Shown: positions 20,898 through 30,410 of the stretch, piece by piece | Position numbering within the stretch: the first letter of the stretch is position 1 | Layout: each line of letters starts with the position of its first letter | Source of the DNA: Candidatus Omnitrophota bacterium | Lineage (GTDB): Bacteria; Omnitrophota; Omnitrophia; Omnitrophales; Aquincolibacteriaceae | Length of the DNA: 64,000 bases | Assembly (NCBI GenBank): GCA_022709525.1 | Contig: JAKLIQ010000011.1 | Location: 6,040 to 70,039 of the forward strand | Direction of reading: 5' to 3' | Notes under the pieces: model-generated | Database searches by the model: none | The model's input: the letters and a program-made list of their open reading frames with translations, nothing else | What the model was told of the DNA's origin: nothing | Position numbers and translations under genes: made by a program

Positions 20898-21385
20898 ACG
20901 CCCTCGCCCTTTTGTCTGGCTTCATCCTGAACCTTCAAAAACCGGGCCTTGCGGCTGAAATCCTGGGCCTCATCCACTTTGGCGGCTCCGACCTTGATCA
21001 AGAATTCATTGATGAGAACTTCTTCTTCGTCGGGAACCCGATCTATCTTGACGGGGAATTTCACGTATTTGGCTTTAAGATAAGCGTAGGCAGATTCTTT
21101 GCCTTCGTGAAGGGAGTTGGCGAGAAGTTGGAATTTGACGTCCTGCTTGCGAGCAAGCACCCGGAGCACCGAAACCCCCTGGTCGTCCATCTGGATACCG
21201 GCCAAAACCACCTTCTTCCCATCGGCAAGCGTCAGGACCCCGTCGTTCCCAACTTCCATAACAGTCTCTGCATGAAGGATAACAATTCCAAAAAAAAAGT
21301 AACTCAAACATCCTAGAAAAAACTTTTTTTTTCTTAAACCCATAGTTACCTTATGCAAACACGCTGCGGGATCTCTTATAAACAA
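20879..21385 (-). CDS. Thermonuclease (SNase)-like domain protein; catalytic motif looks diverged
   Basis: SNase-like layout: VLTLADGKKVVLAGIQMDDQ (compare GID-APE in active enzymes) ... ARQKGEGVWS (compare the A..K.GlW C-terminal motif). Confidence 0.4.
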   Translation of the reverse strand: MFIRDPAACLHKVTMGLRKKKFFLGCLSYFFFGIVILHAETVMEVGNDGVLTLADGKKVVLAGIQMDDQGVSVLRVLARKQDVKFQLLANSLHEGKESAYAYLKAKYVKFPVKIDRVPDEEEVLINEFLIKVGAAKVDEAQDFSRKARFLKVQDEARQKGEGVWSYQG

Positions 21386-21395
21386 GACCCCGCAG
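21364..21395 (-). terminator. Stem-loop (ctgcggg ... cccgcag) downstream of the lipoprotein gene
   Basis: 7-bp GC-rich stem with an 18-nt loop. A T-run lies about 25 nt downstream on the minus strand, so this is a weak intrinsic terminator candidate. Confidence 0.3.
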
Positions 21396-21414
21396 CGAGG
21401 ATTAGGGGTGAAAA

Positions 21415-21876
21415 TTATTGTTTATATTGTTCTTTTAACTCACGAAACTTCTTTTGCCCTTGTGGAGTATAGGTGTAATAGCGCACCGTTTCCTTCTTAT
21501 TGATAATAGTGGCATCAGATGCGGCCCCTGGGATGCCCCACAAAATTGAAAGAGGCCATGTTAGAAGGTTCAACGCCCCTATAGTCCACTGGTCGGTTTC
21601 CATGGTGCCATTTGCTAAATAAAAGTTACCAATGCCCGGGAGAATATTTAGCGCAGCTGCGATACCGGGATTTTTCACAGCAACATCCGACGACGAAACG
21701 CCGTAAGATTGAAGTTCATACATAGTATTCTTCTCTTGTTGGGTCATTGCTGCGCACCCGCTCATTGCTAGCATAACTAGCAGGACAACGGCCACCCCTT
21801 TAGTCTTCCTCATTTCACCCTCCACCTGGTTGAATTCTCCATTGAAAAACCCTAGGATATTAAAGCACATAAACAA
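21415..21876 (-). CDS. Putative lipoprotein (hypothetical)
   Basis: Lipobox MLAMSGCAA after an N-terminal hydrophobic segment. Confidence 0.5.
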   Translation of the reverse strand: MFMCFNILGFFNGEFNQVEGEMRKTKGVAVVLLVMLAMSGCAAMTQQEKNTMYELQSYGVSSSDVAVKNPGIAAALNILPGIGNFYLANGTMETDQWTIGALNLLTWPLSILWGIPGAASDATIINKKETVRYYTYTPQGQKKFRELKEQYKQ

Positions 21877-21900
21877 AAAAACTACAGGGAAATATCGTCG

Positions 21901-23241
21901 TCAGTTCTGTTTAAATTTTGAAACTATCCAGCGCAAAGCTGCATCGCGATTCGGAAATTCGCCTTCCAGCTGAAGCTCGTAAAGTTCTTCGAGGATGGGC
22001 TTCATGGCGGGCCCCGGCTTCATCCCCAGCTCGATCAGATCGGTGCCGCTAATAAGCGGCTTGGGCTTAAGCTCTTCATTCGCATACTCTTTGAGCTTGC
22101 CTTCAAGAAAAGTGAGATTATCCAGCATCCCGTGGCTCGCGACACAATCAACACGGTGAAGCTCCATTTCCTCTTTAAAATACGGGCGGCTGATGAATTG
22201 TTTGAGCTTGCCGGCGCGCATCTTCTGCACATCCATGAATTTCATGTGATTGGCGACACATTCGGCGACGCCATCGATCTCCTCGTTGGAGAACCGGAGG
22301 CGCCTCATGATCTCGCTTGCGATCTTCGCGCCCTCTTCGGAGTGCTCATAGAAGGTCAACCGCCCTTTGCGGATGGCCGAAGTTTTGGGCTTTCCGATAT
22401 CATGAAAAAGCGCCGAGAACGCGAGAATGGTCGAGACCGGAGGCCGGAGATTCTCCAAAAGAAGCCGCGTGTGCTCATAGACATCCCCCTCGGGATGAAA
22501 ATTCTCGGGCTGTTTCACGCCCCGCATGGCCTCGACCTCAGGAAGGATCTCCTTCATAAGCCCGGATTCGGAAAGAAGCGTTAAGCCGCGGGCGGCGCCC
22601 GTACGGGTGAAGATCTTCACAAGTTCTTCGCGGATCCGCTCGGGACTGACCGCGCGGATCTCGGACGCTTTGCCGCGAAGCGCTTCCCAGGTCTTTTTCT
22701 CGATCTCAAAACCGAGAGTGGACGCAAAACGGACAGCGCGGAGCAGGCGCAGCTTATCTTCTTCAAAACGCGCCGCCGGATCGCCAATGGCCTTGATCAG
22801 TTTCCTCGGAAGGTCGGCCATGCCTCCGACAAAATCGATCACTTTCCCCGCGAAAGGATCATAAAACATGCCGTTGACGGTAAAATCGCGCCGCTTAGCG
22901 TCTTCTTCCGGCTGGGTAAAAGAAACGCTCGAGGGATGGCGGCCGTCCCGGTACCCGCCTTCGCAGCGGAACGTCGCGACTTCAAACGGGATCTCTTCGT
23001 CGACGACGATCATCACGCCGAATTGCTTACCTACCGGAATGGTTTTTCGGAAGAGTTTTTCGACCTCTTCGGGTTTGGCGGTCGTCGCGATATCAAAATC
23101 ATCGGGCTTGCGGCCCATCAGGTGGTCCCGCACGCAACCGCCGGCAAAGTAAGCGAGAAAACCCTTTTCTTTCAGGATCTTTGCGATCCCGTAAGCCAGC
23201 CGCCCTTTTGTTTCGCTGAGGTCCATCGGTCCGGGGTCCAT
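21901..23241 (-). CDS. cca: CCA-adding tRNA nucleotidyltransferase / poly(A) polymerase family with HD domain
   Basis: GGCVRDHLMGRKPDDFDIATTAKPEE nucleotidyltransferase motif; HD domain (..FHDIGKP..). Confidence 0.85.
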   Translation of the reverse strand: MDPGPMDLSETKGRLAYGIAKILKEKGFLAYFAGGCVRDHLMGRKPDDFDIATTAKPEEVEKLFRKTIPVGKQFGVMIVVDEEIPFEVATFRCEGGYRDGRHPSSVSFTQPEEDAKRRDFTVNGMFYDPFAGKVIDFVGGMADLPRKLIKAIGDPAARFEEDKLRLLRAVRFASTLGFEIEKKTWEALRGKASEIRAVSPERIREELVKIFTRTGAARGLTLLSESGLMKEILPEVEAMRGVKQPENFHPEGDVYEHTRLLLENLRPPVSTILAFSALFHDIGKPKTSAIRKGRLTFYEHSEEGAKIASEIMRRLRFSNEEIDGVAECVANHMKFMDVQKMRAGKLKQFISRPYFKEEMELHRVDCVASHGMLDNLTFLEGKLKEYANEELKPKPLISGTDLIELGMKPGPAMKPILEELYELQLEGEFPNRDAALRWIVSKFKQN

Positions 23242-23257
23242 GCCGCTCCGTAATGCG

Positions 23258-23578
23258 TTAGACGCTGAAAAAATCGCGCGCGGCCTTATCGCCGGCGGCT
23301 TTTTGGTAATCTTGATAGTCGATCAGGATAAGATCCGGACGCTTTTCGGCGAGGCGCCGGGCAAGCCGGAACCTTTCCGAAGGATGGGATTCGAGCCGCC
23401 GGCTTGCGATATATTTAAAAACGGCGCCGCATTCCGGACAGGCCTTGGTCTCATAGGCGTTGATCCCCAGGGCATTGCAGGCGGCGCAATTCCCGGTGAG
23501 ATCGCCGATGACCAGGAGACTTTTTTTGACCTCTTCCAGCGTAAAGGGCCTGAAGGTGCGCAGGTAATGCTGAGCCAT
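23258..23578 (-). CDS. Hypothetical Cys-rich (zinc-ribbon-like) protein
   Basis: CAAC...CPEC motif; no family recognised. Confidence 0.35.
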   Translation of the reverse strand: MAQHYLRTFRPFTLEEVKKSLLVIGDLTGNCAACNALGINAYETKACPECGAVFKYIASRRLESHPSERFRLARRLAEKRPDLILIDYQDYQKAAGDKAARDFFSV

Positions 23579-23595
23579 CGTCCAAGATCCCCGGG

Positions 23596-24045
23596 TTATT
23601 TTTTCTTAAAGACCAGGTCGCCGGCACGGACGCGGGATTTGACCTCCACGCCGAAATCATCGCCTTTCCTGGCGACCAGGACGGGCTTGTGATCGATCTG
23701 CATCGAAACGACCTTCTGCTTAAAATCCGTGGTGTGGCCTTTGAACTGAAGCTCATCCCCGATCCTGATCTCCCCCGTCTTGATCTTGAGCACCGCGGCA
23801 TTCACATGCGGAAAGTAGTGCGTGACCTCGGCGATCGGCATGGCCGCGAGCGCGGCTTTGACCATGGCGGGCTGCTTCTTGGCGCCGGTTTTCTTGCCCG
23901 TTTTTTTCTTTGTGGGTTTTACCGTTTTTTTCGCAGCTTTTTTTCGGACCGGTTTCGCGGCCTTCTTTTTTGCCGCTTTCTTAGGGCTCTTGGCCTTCTT
24001 CTTGGAACTGAAAAGCGCTTTTCCGATCTTTTTCAAGAATTTCAT
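23596..24045 (-). CDS. Lysine/alanine-rich histone-H1-like N-terminus plus a small C-terminal beta domain; hypothetical
   Basis: KKAAKKKAAKPVRKKAAKK... low-complexity basic N-terminus. Confidence 0.4.
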   Translation of the reverse strand: MKFLKKIGKALFSSKKKAKSPKKAAKKKAAKPVRKKAAKKTVKPTKKKTGKKTGAKKQPAMVKAALAAMPIAEVTHYFPHVNAAVLKIKTGEIRIGDELQFKGHTTDFKQKVVSMQIDHKPVLVARKGDDFGVEVKSRVRAGDLVFKKK

Positions 24046-24072
24046 GGGTCCCTCCGGTCGTTGATAGAACGC

Positions 24073-25152
24073 TTAAGAGTGATGTTCTTGGGTGATCGAC
24101 TCAGGCAAAGAAGTTTTGATCTGTCCTTGATGCTGTTCTAGAACGTTCAGCCGGTTCCGCAGCTTCTGAAACCGCTGTTCGGTCTTTTCGTAGGCGGTCC
24201 GCGCATGCGACAAGTGACCGCCGATCTTCTCAAAATCAGCCAAACACTGTTCAAGATCCACTTCCAATTGGCCTAAATTCTCAAGAATGATCTGCGCCGA
24301 GCGCTCGATCCTCATTCCTTTAAGCCCGCGCACGATGGCCTGGAGATAAGCGTAAAAACTGTTGGGCGATACCGGAATGACCTTCCGCTTGATCGCGTAG
24401 ACCGAGAGACTTTCGTTCTGCATGTCATCTTTGATGATCGTCTCGTAATAAATGCTTTCGGACGGGATATACATGAGGGCAAACTCAAAGGTCCCCTCCT
24501 CGGGAAGAATGTATTTGGAGGCGATGTCATCGATGTGTTTTTTCACGTCCTTCCAGAAGATCTTGCGGGCCTCGGCCTGCTTTTCATCGCTCCCGGCTTC
24601 CAGGATACGCTTGAAATTCTCAAGCGGGAACTTCGCGTCGACCGGGATCAGGCCTTCGCCGAGACGGATAATGGCGTCGACCTGGGAGCCATTCCCGAAA
24701 CGGTACTGAAGCGCGAAATGGTCCTCCGGAAGGATCTGCCGCAGCAATTCGGCCAAGAGGAATTCCCCCATCCCGCCGCGGAGTTTTGGCGCGCGGAGAA
24801 TGTCATGAAGGGAGGAAATATCTTTCCCGATATCCATCATGGATTGGGTCGCCTGCTGCAGGGCGCCAAGCCGGTGCTGGACGTCTCCCATGACCTGGCG
24901 GTAATTCTGCTGGTTTTCCTGGAGAAAGCGCGAATTCTGCTTCATCTGATCGTTCATCTGCCCGGAAAGCGAGCGGATCTGCTCCTGGAGCGTCGCGTGA
25001 AGATTGTGAAGTTCCTGCTGAAGCTGGAGAAAAGGCTGGAGAGTTTTAGCGCCGCTGTCGCCGCGGGAAAGGTAACGAAAAAGCCATGCCCCCGCGAAAA
25101 AACACGCAAACGCCGCCGCCACCGCGATCAGGACAAGAAGGAGCATATTCAT
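24073..25152 (-). CDS. rmuC: DNA recombination protein RmuC
   Basis: N-terminal TM, long coiled coil, then a C-terminal RmuC-type nuclease-like domain (...GEFLLAELLRQILPEDHFALQYRF...VDAII...). Confidence 0.7.
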   Translation of the reverse strand: MNMLLLVLIAVAAAFACFFAGAWLFRYLSRGDSGAKTLQPFLQLQQELHNLHATLQEQIRSLSGQMNDQMKQNSRFLQENQQNYRQVMGDVQHRLGALQQATQSMMDIGKDISSLHDILRAPKLRGGMGEFLLAELLRQILPEDHFALQYRFGNGSQVDAIIRLGEGLIPVDAKFPLENFKRILEAGSDEKQAEARKIFWKDVKKHIDDIASKYILPEEGTFEFALMYIPSESIYYETIIKDDMQNESLSVYAIKRKVIPVSPNSFYAYLQAIVRGLKGMRIERSAQIILENLGQLEVDLEQCLADFEKIGGHLSHARTAYEKTEQRFQKLRNRLNVLEQHQGQIKTSLPESITQEHHS

Positions 25153-25288
25153 GAGCGGATTATAGCTTAAAGAACGACTTCAGACCAGCGACAAGAGACT
25201 GGACAAGTTGGTTCGGGACTTGGGACTCGGGACTCGTAACGGTAGGTCTTTAAAAGAGTCCCGAGGTGCGAGCCCCTAGTCTCAATCT

Positions 25289-26923
25289 TTATTTAATGAA
25301 GGTAATATTGATGTCTTCGCGATGGGCCGTCGGCTCTGAATAAACAGAGATGCGGCTTCCCGTGCTTTTTTCAAGGAAACGCAGCGCTTTCCGCTCCTGC
25401 TGAAGCAACCGCTCCGCCACATCGGGATGGACATAGGCGTTGATGATACGGTTCTTGGAATCCTTCAGCGATTTGCGCAATTCCCGGATCACCTGGATCG
25501 CCATCGTTGCGGTCGACTTGATGTTGCCCTTGCCTTCGCAATAGGGGCAGGTGTCGTAGACCGCGCTTTCAAGCGACGGGCGCATCCTCTGGCGCGTCAT
25601 CTGGATCAACCCAAGCTCGGAGACCTGCACCAGGTGGGTCTTGGCGCGGTCTTTGCTGAGCGCCTCTTTGAAGATATTAAAGAGACTGCGCCGGTGCTGG
25701 CCCTGCTCCATATCGATAAAATCGATCACGATAATGCCACCCACATCGCGGAGCCGGAGCTGGCGCGCGATCTCCTGCGCCGCCTCCACGTTGTTCCGGT
25801 AGACCGTTTCCTCAAGGCCCCGGTTGCTGCCCGTGAACTTGCCGGTATTCACATCGATCGCCACAAGCCCTTCGGTCTGCTCGATCACGACGTAACCGCC
25901 GGACTTCAGGTAGACGTTCTTCTGGAACGTGCGCTCGATCTCTTTTTCGATCCCGTGGCGCTCGAACAGACTGCCCCTTTCTTTCGCGAATTCGATATTC
26001 AGGTTCTGACCCGGCATATAGACCGAAGTGAACCGCTTGAGCTTTTTGAAGATCTCGGGATGATCCACGATGATCTTGGTCGTCTCTTCGTTGACATGGT
26101 CGCGCACGACGCGTTCCACGAGGCCAAGCTCCTGATGGATCATAACCGGGGCTTTCTTGGTGGAGATCATGCCGTGGATCTTCTTCCACAACCGGATCAG
26201 ATAGCGGATATCACGCGTGAACGCTTCGTCGCTTTTCCCTTCCGCGTTTGTGCGAACGATAAAACCGACGCCTTTGGGGATCTCGAGACTTCTGAAAATA
26301 TTCCGGATCCGCTCGCGCTCGGCTCGGTTCTCGACGCGGCGCGAGATGCCGATCTTTTCTTCGCCCGGCATCATGACGAGATAACGCGCCGGGATGGAAA
26401 ATTGGGTCGTCAGGCGCGGCCCTTTGTTCCCGAGCGGCTCCTTGACGACCTGCACGATGACCTTCTGCCCGACTTTGAGGACTTCTTCGATCCTCGGACG
26501 GCGCTGGTGCTGATGATGCGGGCGATGGTGTCGCTGATGCCTTCCCCGGCTGCCGTGGCGTCCATGATCCTGCTGCGGACGTCCTTGTTCCTGGGGCTTG
26601 CTCTCTTGCGGAGCGCCCTCCGGTTTTGCTTCGCCGGCCGGCCCCTCCGGCTTTTGCTCATCGCCGTCATCAAATTCTGCGTCAAGATCAAGCGGCGAGC
26701 GGAGCGCGTCACCGACATAGAGAAATCCGTCCTTGCCCGTGCCGATATCGACAAAGGCCGCATCGATGCCGGGGATCACGGTCTTGACGACCCCTTCGTA
26801 GATATTCCCGAAAAGCTTTTTGGAATCCCCCCGCTCGATATAGAACTCTTCGAGCCGGCCGTCCTCGAGAATGGCCACCTGTTTTTCGTTCGCGTCCTGT
26901 GAGATCAAAATTTGCCGTTCCAT
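25289..26923 (-). CDS. rng: Ribonuclease G/E family (Rne/Rng catalytic domain) with a His/Arg-rich insertion
   Basis: S1 domain at the N-terminus (GNIYEGVVKTVIPGIDAAFVDIG) and the RNase E/G catalytic core (..VIDFIDM..). An insertion HGRHGSRGRHQRHHRPHHQHQRRPR is present. Confidence 0.8.
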   Translation of the reverse strand: MERQILISQDANEKQVAILEDGRLEEFYIERGDSKKLFGNIYEGVVKTVIPGIDAAFVDIGTGKDGFLYVGDALRSPLDLDAEFDDGDEQKPEGPAGEAKPEGAPQESKPQEQGRPQQDHGRHGSRGRHQRHHRPHHQHQRRPRIEEVLKVGQKVIVQVVKEPLGNKGPRLTTQFSIPARYLVMMPGEEKIGISRRVENRAERERIRNIFRSLEIPKGVGFIVRTNAEGKSDEAFTRDIRYLIRLWKKIHGMISTKKAPVMIHQELGLVERVVRDHVNEETTKIIVDHPEIFKKLKRFTSVYMPGQNLNIEFAKERGSLFERHGIEKEIERTFQKNVYLKSGGYVVIEQTEGLVAIDVNTGKFTGSNRGLEETVYRNNVEAAQEIARQLRLRDVGGIIVIDFIDMEQGQHRRSLFNIFKEALSKDRAKTHLVQVSELGLIQMTRQRMRPSLESAVYDTCPYCEGKGNIKSTATMAIQVIRELRKSLKDSKNRIINAYVHPDVAERLLQQERKALRFLEKSTGSRISVYSEPTAHREDINITFIK

Positions 26924-27122
26924 TTAAAAATCTTCCTTTCTTGAAGCCGTCCGATCCGCTTCATGCGGAAAAAAGACGGCGATGGTTGCCGGAAGATCCA
27001 TGGGGACATGCTCAGGAGGGTCCTGGTTGGGAGGAAAAGAAAAACCGAGTTATCGGAATTCAAAACTTGCGGACCCGCTTGTCAGGCAAGATCCGGACAA
27101 TCCCGGCCCCTTCTTGGGAGCG

Positions 27123-28721
27123 CTAGGTTGTTTTATCTTTATCCGAAGTTTCCGGCGCCGCTTGCTTTTCAGGATCTTTCAGGCCTTGCCCGGCATCCGT
27201 TACAGCCGTTTTTGGCTTCGCCTGATCTTTTTGCGACTGGCTACTTTCCTCATCAACTTTGGAACCCACAGGCTGTCCCTGCGAATCCACCGTAGTAACT
27301 GTTACGAAAAAAAGCGTTTCAATTTTCGCGTTCCCGGTCGGTTCTTGCCGCTTGGAACGGAAAAGCTTTCCGACAAGCGGGATATCCGCCAGATACGGCA
27401 CCTTATCCTCACTTTGGGTCGCGCTGTCGGACAGAAGACCGCCGATCGCAATGGTCTGCCCGCTTTTGATCAGCACCTGAGTTTCAGCCTGCGTCACGTT
27501 GAAGCTGGGCGCTGCCAATGTCGCTGTAAAATCTATCATATCTCCCATGGAACTTACTTCAGGTTTCAGGTCCACAAGGATCTCATCCGCGGAGTTGATA
27601 TGCGGCGTTACATTAAGCACAACGCCCACATCGCGGTAAGTGAAACCCGTCACCTCCATACTGCCAGTCGTTTCATTCCGCTCGAAGCTTGCCAAGGGAA
27701 TCTGTTGCCCAACTTGGATTAGCGCTGTCTGGTTATTTAAAACGACCACGCGTGGATTTGAAACAATTTTCGTGTCGGAATAGCTTTTTAACATTTGCAA
27801 AACGGCCGAAAAGCTTGAGAAATCTAGAGTACCCCATGCAAAACCAGCGCCAGGTTGTATGTTTGGAAATGAACGCGGATCAGATGGATTTGGCGCCGAT
27901 GCTGGCACAGTCAACGTAGCTCCTGATTGCGTTGGAAAAAAATCCTTGAACGGAAATGCGGATCCTTTGTCCCGAACCGCGGAAAATGGGAATGTGGTCG
28001 GCCGTGACGCGCCGCTTGTAATACCTCCTTCTACATTCCAATCGATTCCAAGATTTTCGGCGAGACCGGCTTCGGTCCGAACAACTCTGGAATCGATAAA
28101 GGCCTGCGAGGTTTCTTTATCGAGTTTTTTGATGACCTCGCCGATCCGGTAGAGATTGGTCGGGATATCGGTCACGACCACCATGTTCGTCCGCTCGGCC
28201 ACCTTGATGCGGCCCCGCTCGGTCAAGATGTCCTGAACTGCCGTCTGGATCTCGGCGGCCTTCGAGTAGTTCAAGATGAAGGTCTTGGTTTCGACCGGCT
28301 CCAGCTTCATTTTATCGCGCGTCGTCACGCGGATAATGTTGCCGTCCCGCTCGTAGACATAATCGTAGGTCCTCAAGATCACATCGAGCGCCTTTTCCCA
28401 AGGCACATTATCAAGCCGCACCGTCACGAGCCCTTTTACTTCAGGGCCTGTCACGATATTGACGTTGCTTTTCATGCTCAAAACACGAAGCACGCTCCCG
28501 ATGTCGGCGTCCTTAAAATCCAGGCTGATCGTATCGTCCTGAGGCGACGGAGCTGTCTTAACGATTGTCACCGTATCCACGGAAGCCGGCGCGGAAGCAG
28601 CGTCCGGCACTGCGCTTTTTGGAGCCGGCGAAGCGGGATCCGCAGCGAAAACAGGATTGGCTGCCAGTCCGAGACACACACCGGCCGTCAAAAGAGCTAA
28701 TGCCAAGGATGATTTTCTCAT
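27123..28721 (-). CDS. pilQ: Type IV pilus secretin PilQ
   Basis: Signal peptide; secretin C-terminal domain with VPYLADIPLVGKLFRS motif. Confidence 0.85.
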   Translation of the reverse strand: MRKSSLALALLTAGVCLGLAANPVFAADPASPAPKSAVPDAASAPASVDTVTIVKTAPSPQDDTISLDFKDADIGSVLRVLSMKSNVNIVTGPEVKGLVTVRLDNVPWEKALDVILRTYDYVYERDGNIIRVTTRDKMKLEPVETKTFILNYSKAAEIQTAVQDILTERGRIKVAERTNMVVVTDIPTNLYRIGEVIKKLDKETSQAFIDSRVVRTEAGLAENLGIDWNVEGGITSGASRPTTFPFSAVRDKGSAFPFKDFFPTQSGATLTVPASAPNPSDPRSFPNIQPGAGFAWGTLDFSSFSAVLQMLKSYSDTKIVSNPRVVVLNNQTALIQVGQQIPLASFERNETTGSMEVTGFTYRDVGVVLNVTPHINSADEILVDLKPEVSSMGDMIDFTATLAAPSFNVTQAETQVLIKSGQTIAIGGLLSDSATQSEDKVPYLADIPLVGKLFRSKRQEPTGNAKIETLFFVTVTTVDSQGQPVGSKVDEESSQSQKDQAKPKTAVTDAGQGLKDPEKQAAPETSDKDKTT

Positions 28722-28847
28722 GAAATTCTCCTGTTGCCTATCATACCACGATAAATATCGGCCTGTTCAGCAAATTAATAAGCTTTTTTCACCGTCTTTT
28801 TGACCGGTTTTGAGGACTGACGCCCTCGAAAAACAGGGGCTCCGAAG

Positions 28848-29219
28848 CTAGGTGCCGGCTAAAACGGGAGGTAATTCTTCTTCGCGCATCCAGAGCGTTT
28901 TTTCTTCATCGTTCTCCGAGATGACGATGCGGTCCTTATAGATCGCAAGGATCTTCACTTCCCCCACCATATCACCGGCCTGGTAGCTTTTCCCGCTGAT
29001 AACGACCATCGAGCGGCCGTTCGGGTCGTAGATGATGCCTTCTAATTTGACGCCTGTCGATGAAACCAGATCGGCGGCTTCGGGATTGATGGGAATAAAA
29101 GGGTCCCGCCTTTTCCCCGAGTCATAGGTGATCTCATCTTGGGCGTAAAGCCCGGCAACGGCTGCCGTCAAAACCAGCAAGATCAGTGCCCCGACCTTCT
29201 TCATATTATTTTTTGGCAT
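28848..29219 (-). CDS. pilP: PilP-like pilus assembly lipoprotein
   Basis: Signal peptide; size and position between pilO and pilQ; RDPF motif. Confidence 0.55.
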   Translation of the reverse strand: MPKNNMKKVGALILLVLTAAVAGLYAQDEITYDSGKRRDPFIPINPEAADLVSSTGVKLEGIIYDPNGRSMVVISGKSYQAGDMVGEVKILAIYKDRIVISENDEEKTLWMREEELPPVLAGT

Positions 29220-29838
29220 CTTTCGCTCCTCCCGGGGAAGCGGGTGTTGCGTTTAGGATCGCCCATAATCTTAACTGGGAAATATGCCGGTCAGGCGATT
29301 TGCCTGACGGCACGATCTGGATGCTTTGGATCCTCATCAGTTTCTCGTGGCCCTCGATCCGGCTTACCATCCGGGCCAGCTCATGGTAGCCGCCCTGCAC
29401 CGTGAACTCATAACCGCTCGGCTGGTATTTCAAATGGTAAGGGGCCGGGAAAACCAGGGCCTCGGTCATGGGCTTGGAAGCCAGCACATCCACCCGCGAA
29501 TCGCCGGCCTTTTTAGAGACCTGCCCGAGAAGCAAGGCCAGGCTTTCCGGTGTAAAAAGCCGGTCCTGCGTCTTTTGGATCAAGGCCTCGAAGACCTTTT
29601 GATCTTCCTCCCAGACGAGGCGTTTTTGATTGAGCGCGTTCACCTGGCGGATCTGTGATTCCATGCTCTGGATATCGCGTCGAAGCAACGGACGTTCGAT
29701 CCAGGCGGGAATAACGAAAAAAACAAGAAGCAGGAGCGCTCCGGCAACCGAGGCGCCGATCACGATCCATGTCCTTTTATCGATGCCTTTGACAAGCGCC
29801 AGGACGTCGGCAAAATTCCATTGATTGAGCGGCTTCAT
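29206..29838 (-). CDS. pilO: Type IV pilus assembly protein PilO
   Basis: TM segment plus coiled coil. The likely true start MKPLNQWNF overlaps the pilN stop as ATGA. The ORF track gives 29206..29862. Confidence 0.65.
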   Translation of the reverse strand: MKPLNQWNFADVLALVKGIDKRTWIVIGASVAGALLLLVFFVIPAWIERPLLRRDIQSMESQIRQVNALNQKRLVWEEDQKVFEALIQKTQDRLFTPESLALLLGQVSKKAGDSRVDVLASKPMTEALVFPAPYHLKYQPSGYEFTVQGGYHELARMVSRIEGHEKLMRIQSIQIVPSGKSPDRHISQLRLWAILNATPASPGGAKDAKK

Positions 29839-30410
29839 GATTTCTTCACCCCCCAATCCCATTCGGCCACAAAAGCGGTGCCTTCGGATTTTTCCTTGCT
29901 CTCTTTGGAGGTCGTAAGCGACAACCTGGCCTGCGGCGGTAGCTTGGCCTTCAACTGCTGCATGTAGGCCTCGATCTGCTCAATGCCGGTCTGCGCGCGC
30001 GACGGCAGCACGACGCCCTTCAAGGTCAAACGGTACCCCTCCCCGTCCCGTTCGGCTTTGAATTCGGTCAACCATCCTTTGGGCGGCAGGTATTCGCTCA
30101 CCCAGGAAAGCAGCTGCGTCATGGAATCCTTGTTCAACACGCTTTTTTCGAGGAATTCTTTCTCGCCTCTCATTTCGATCTCGATCTGGGTCTCCATCGC
30201 CTTAAGTTTCGACATGAGCGGGTTTAGGCGGGCCCATTCCTTTTGGACATTTTTATAAGTGGACCGGGCGCGGAGATAATCGCCGTAGAAGAAAAGGGTC
30301 AGGAGCATGAAAAGAACGCCCCCCAGGGCGATGAACGGGACGTAAGGGACCCGGGTCGGGGACCTTTTTTTCTTCCGGAGCTCTTGAGGTAAAAGGTTGA
30401 TCTTGATCAT
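29835..30410 (-). CDS. pilN: Type IV pilus assembly protein PilN
   Basis: MIKINLLPQELRKKK canonical PilN N-terminus. ATG 30408-30410 overlaps the pilM stop 30407-30409 as ATGA. The ORF track extends to 30521. Confidence 0.7.
   Translation of the reverse strand: MIKINLLPQELRKKKRSPTRVPYVPFIALGGVLFMLLTLFFYGDYLRARSTYKNVQKEWARLNPLMSKLKAMETQIEIEMRGEKEFLEKSVLNKDSMTQLLSWVSEYLPPKGWLTEFKAERDGEGYRLTLKGVVLPSRAQTGIEQIEAYMQQLKAKLPPQARLSLTTSKESKEKSEGTAFVAEWDWGVKKS

Noticed and set aside
25427-26902. 491-aa plus-strand ORF
   Set aside because: Fully antisense to the well-supported RNase G gene. It is an artefact of GC-rich codon bias.
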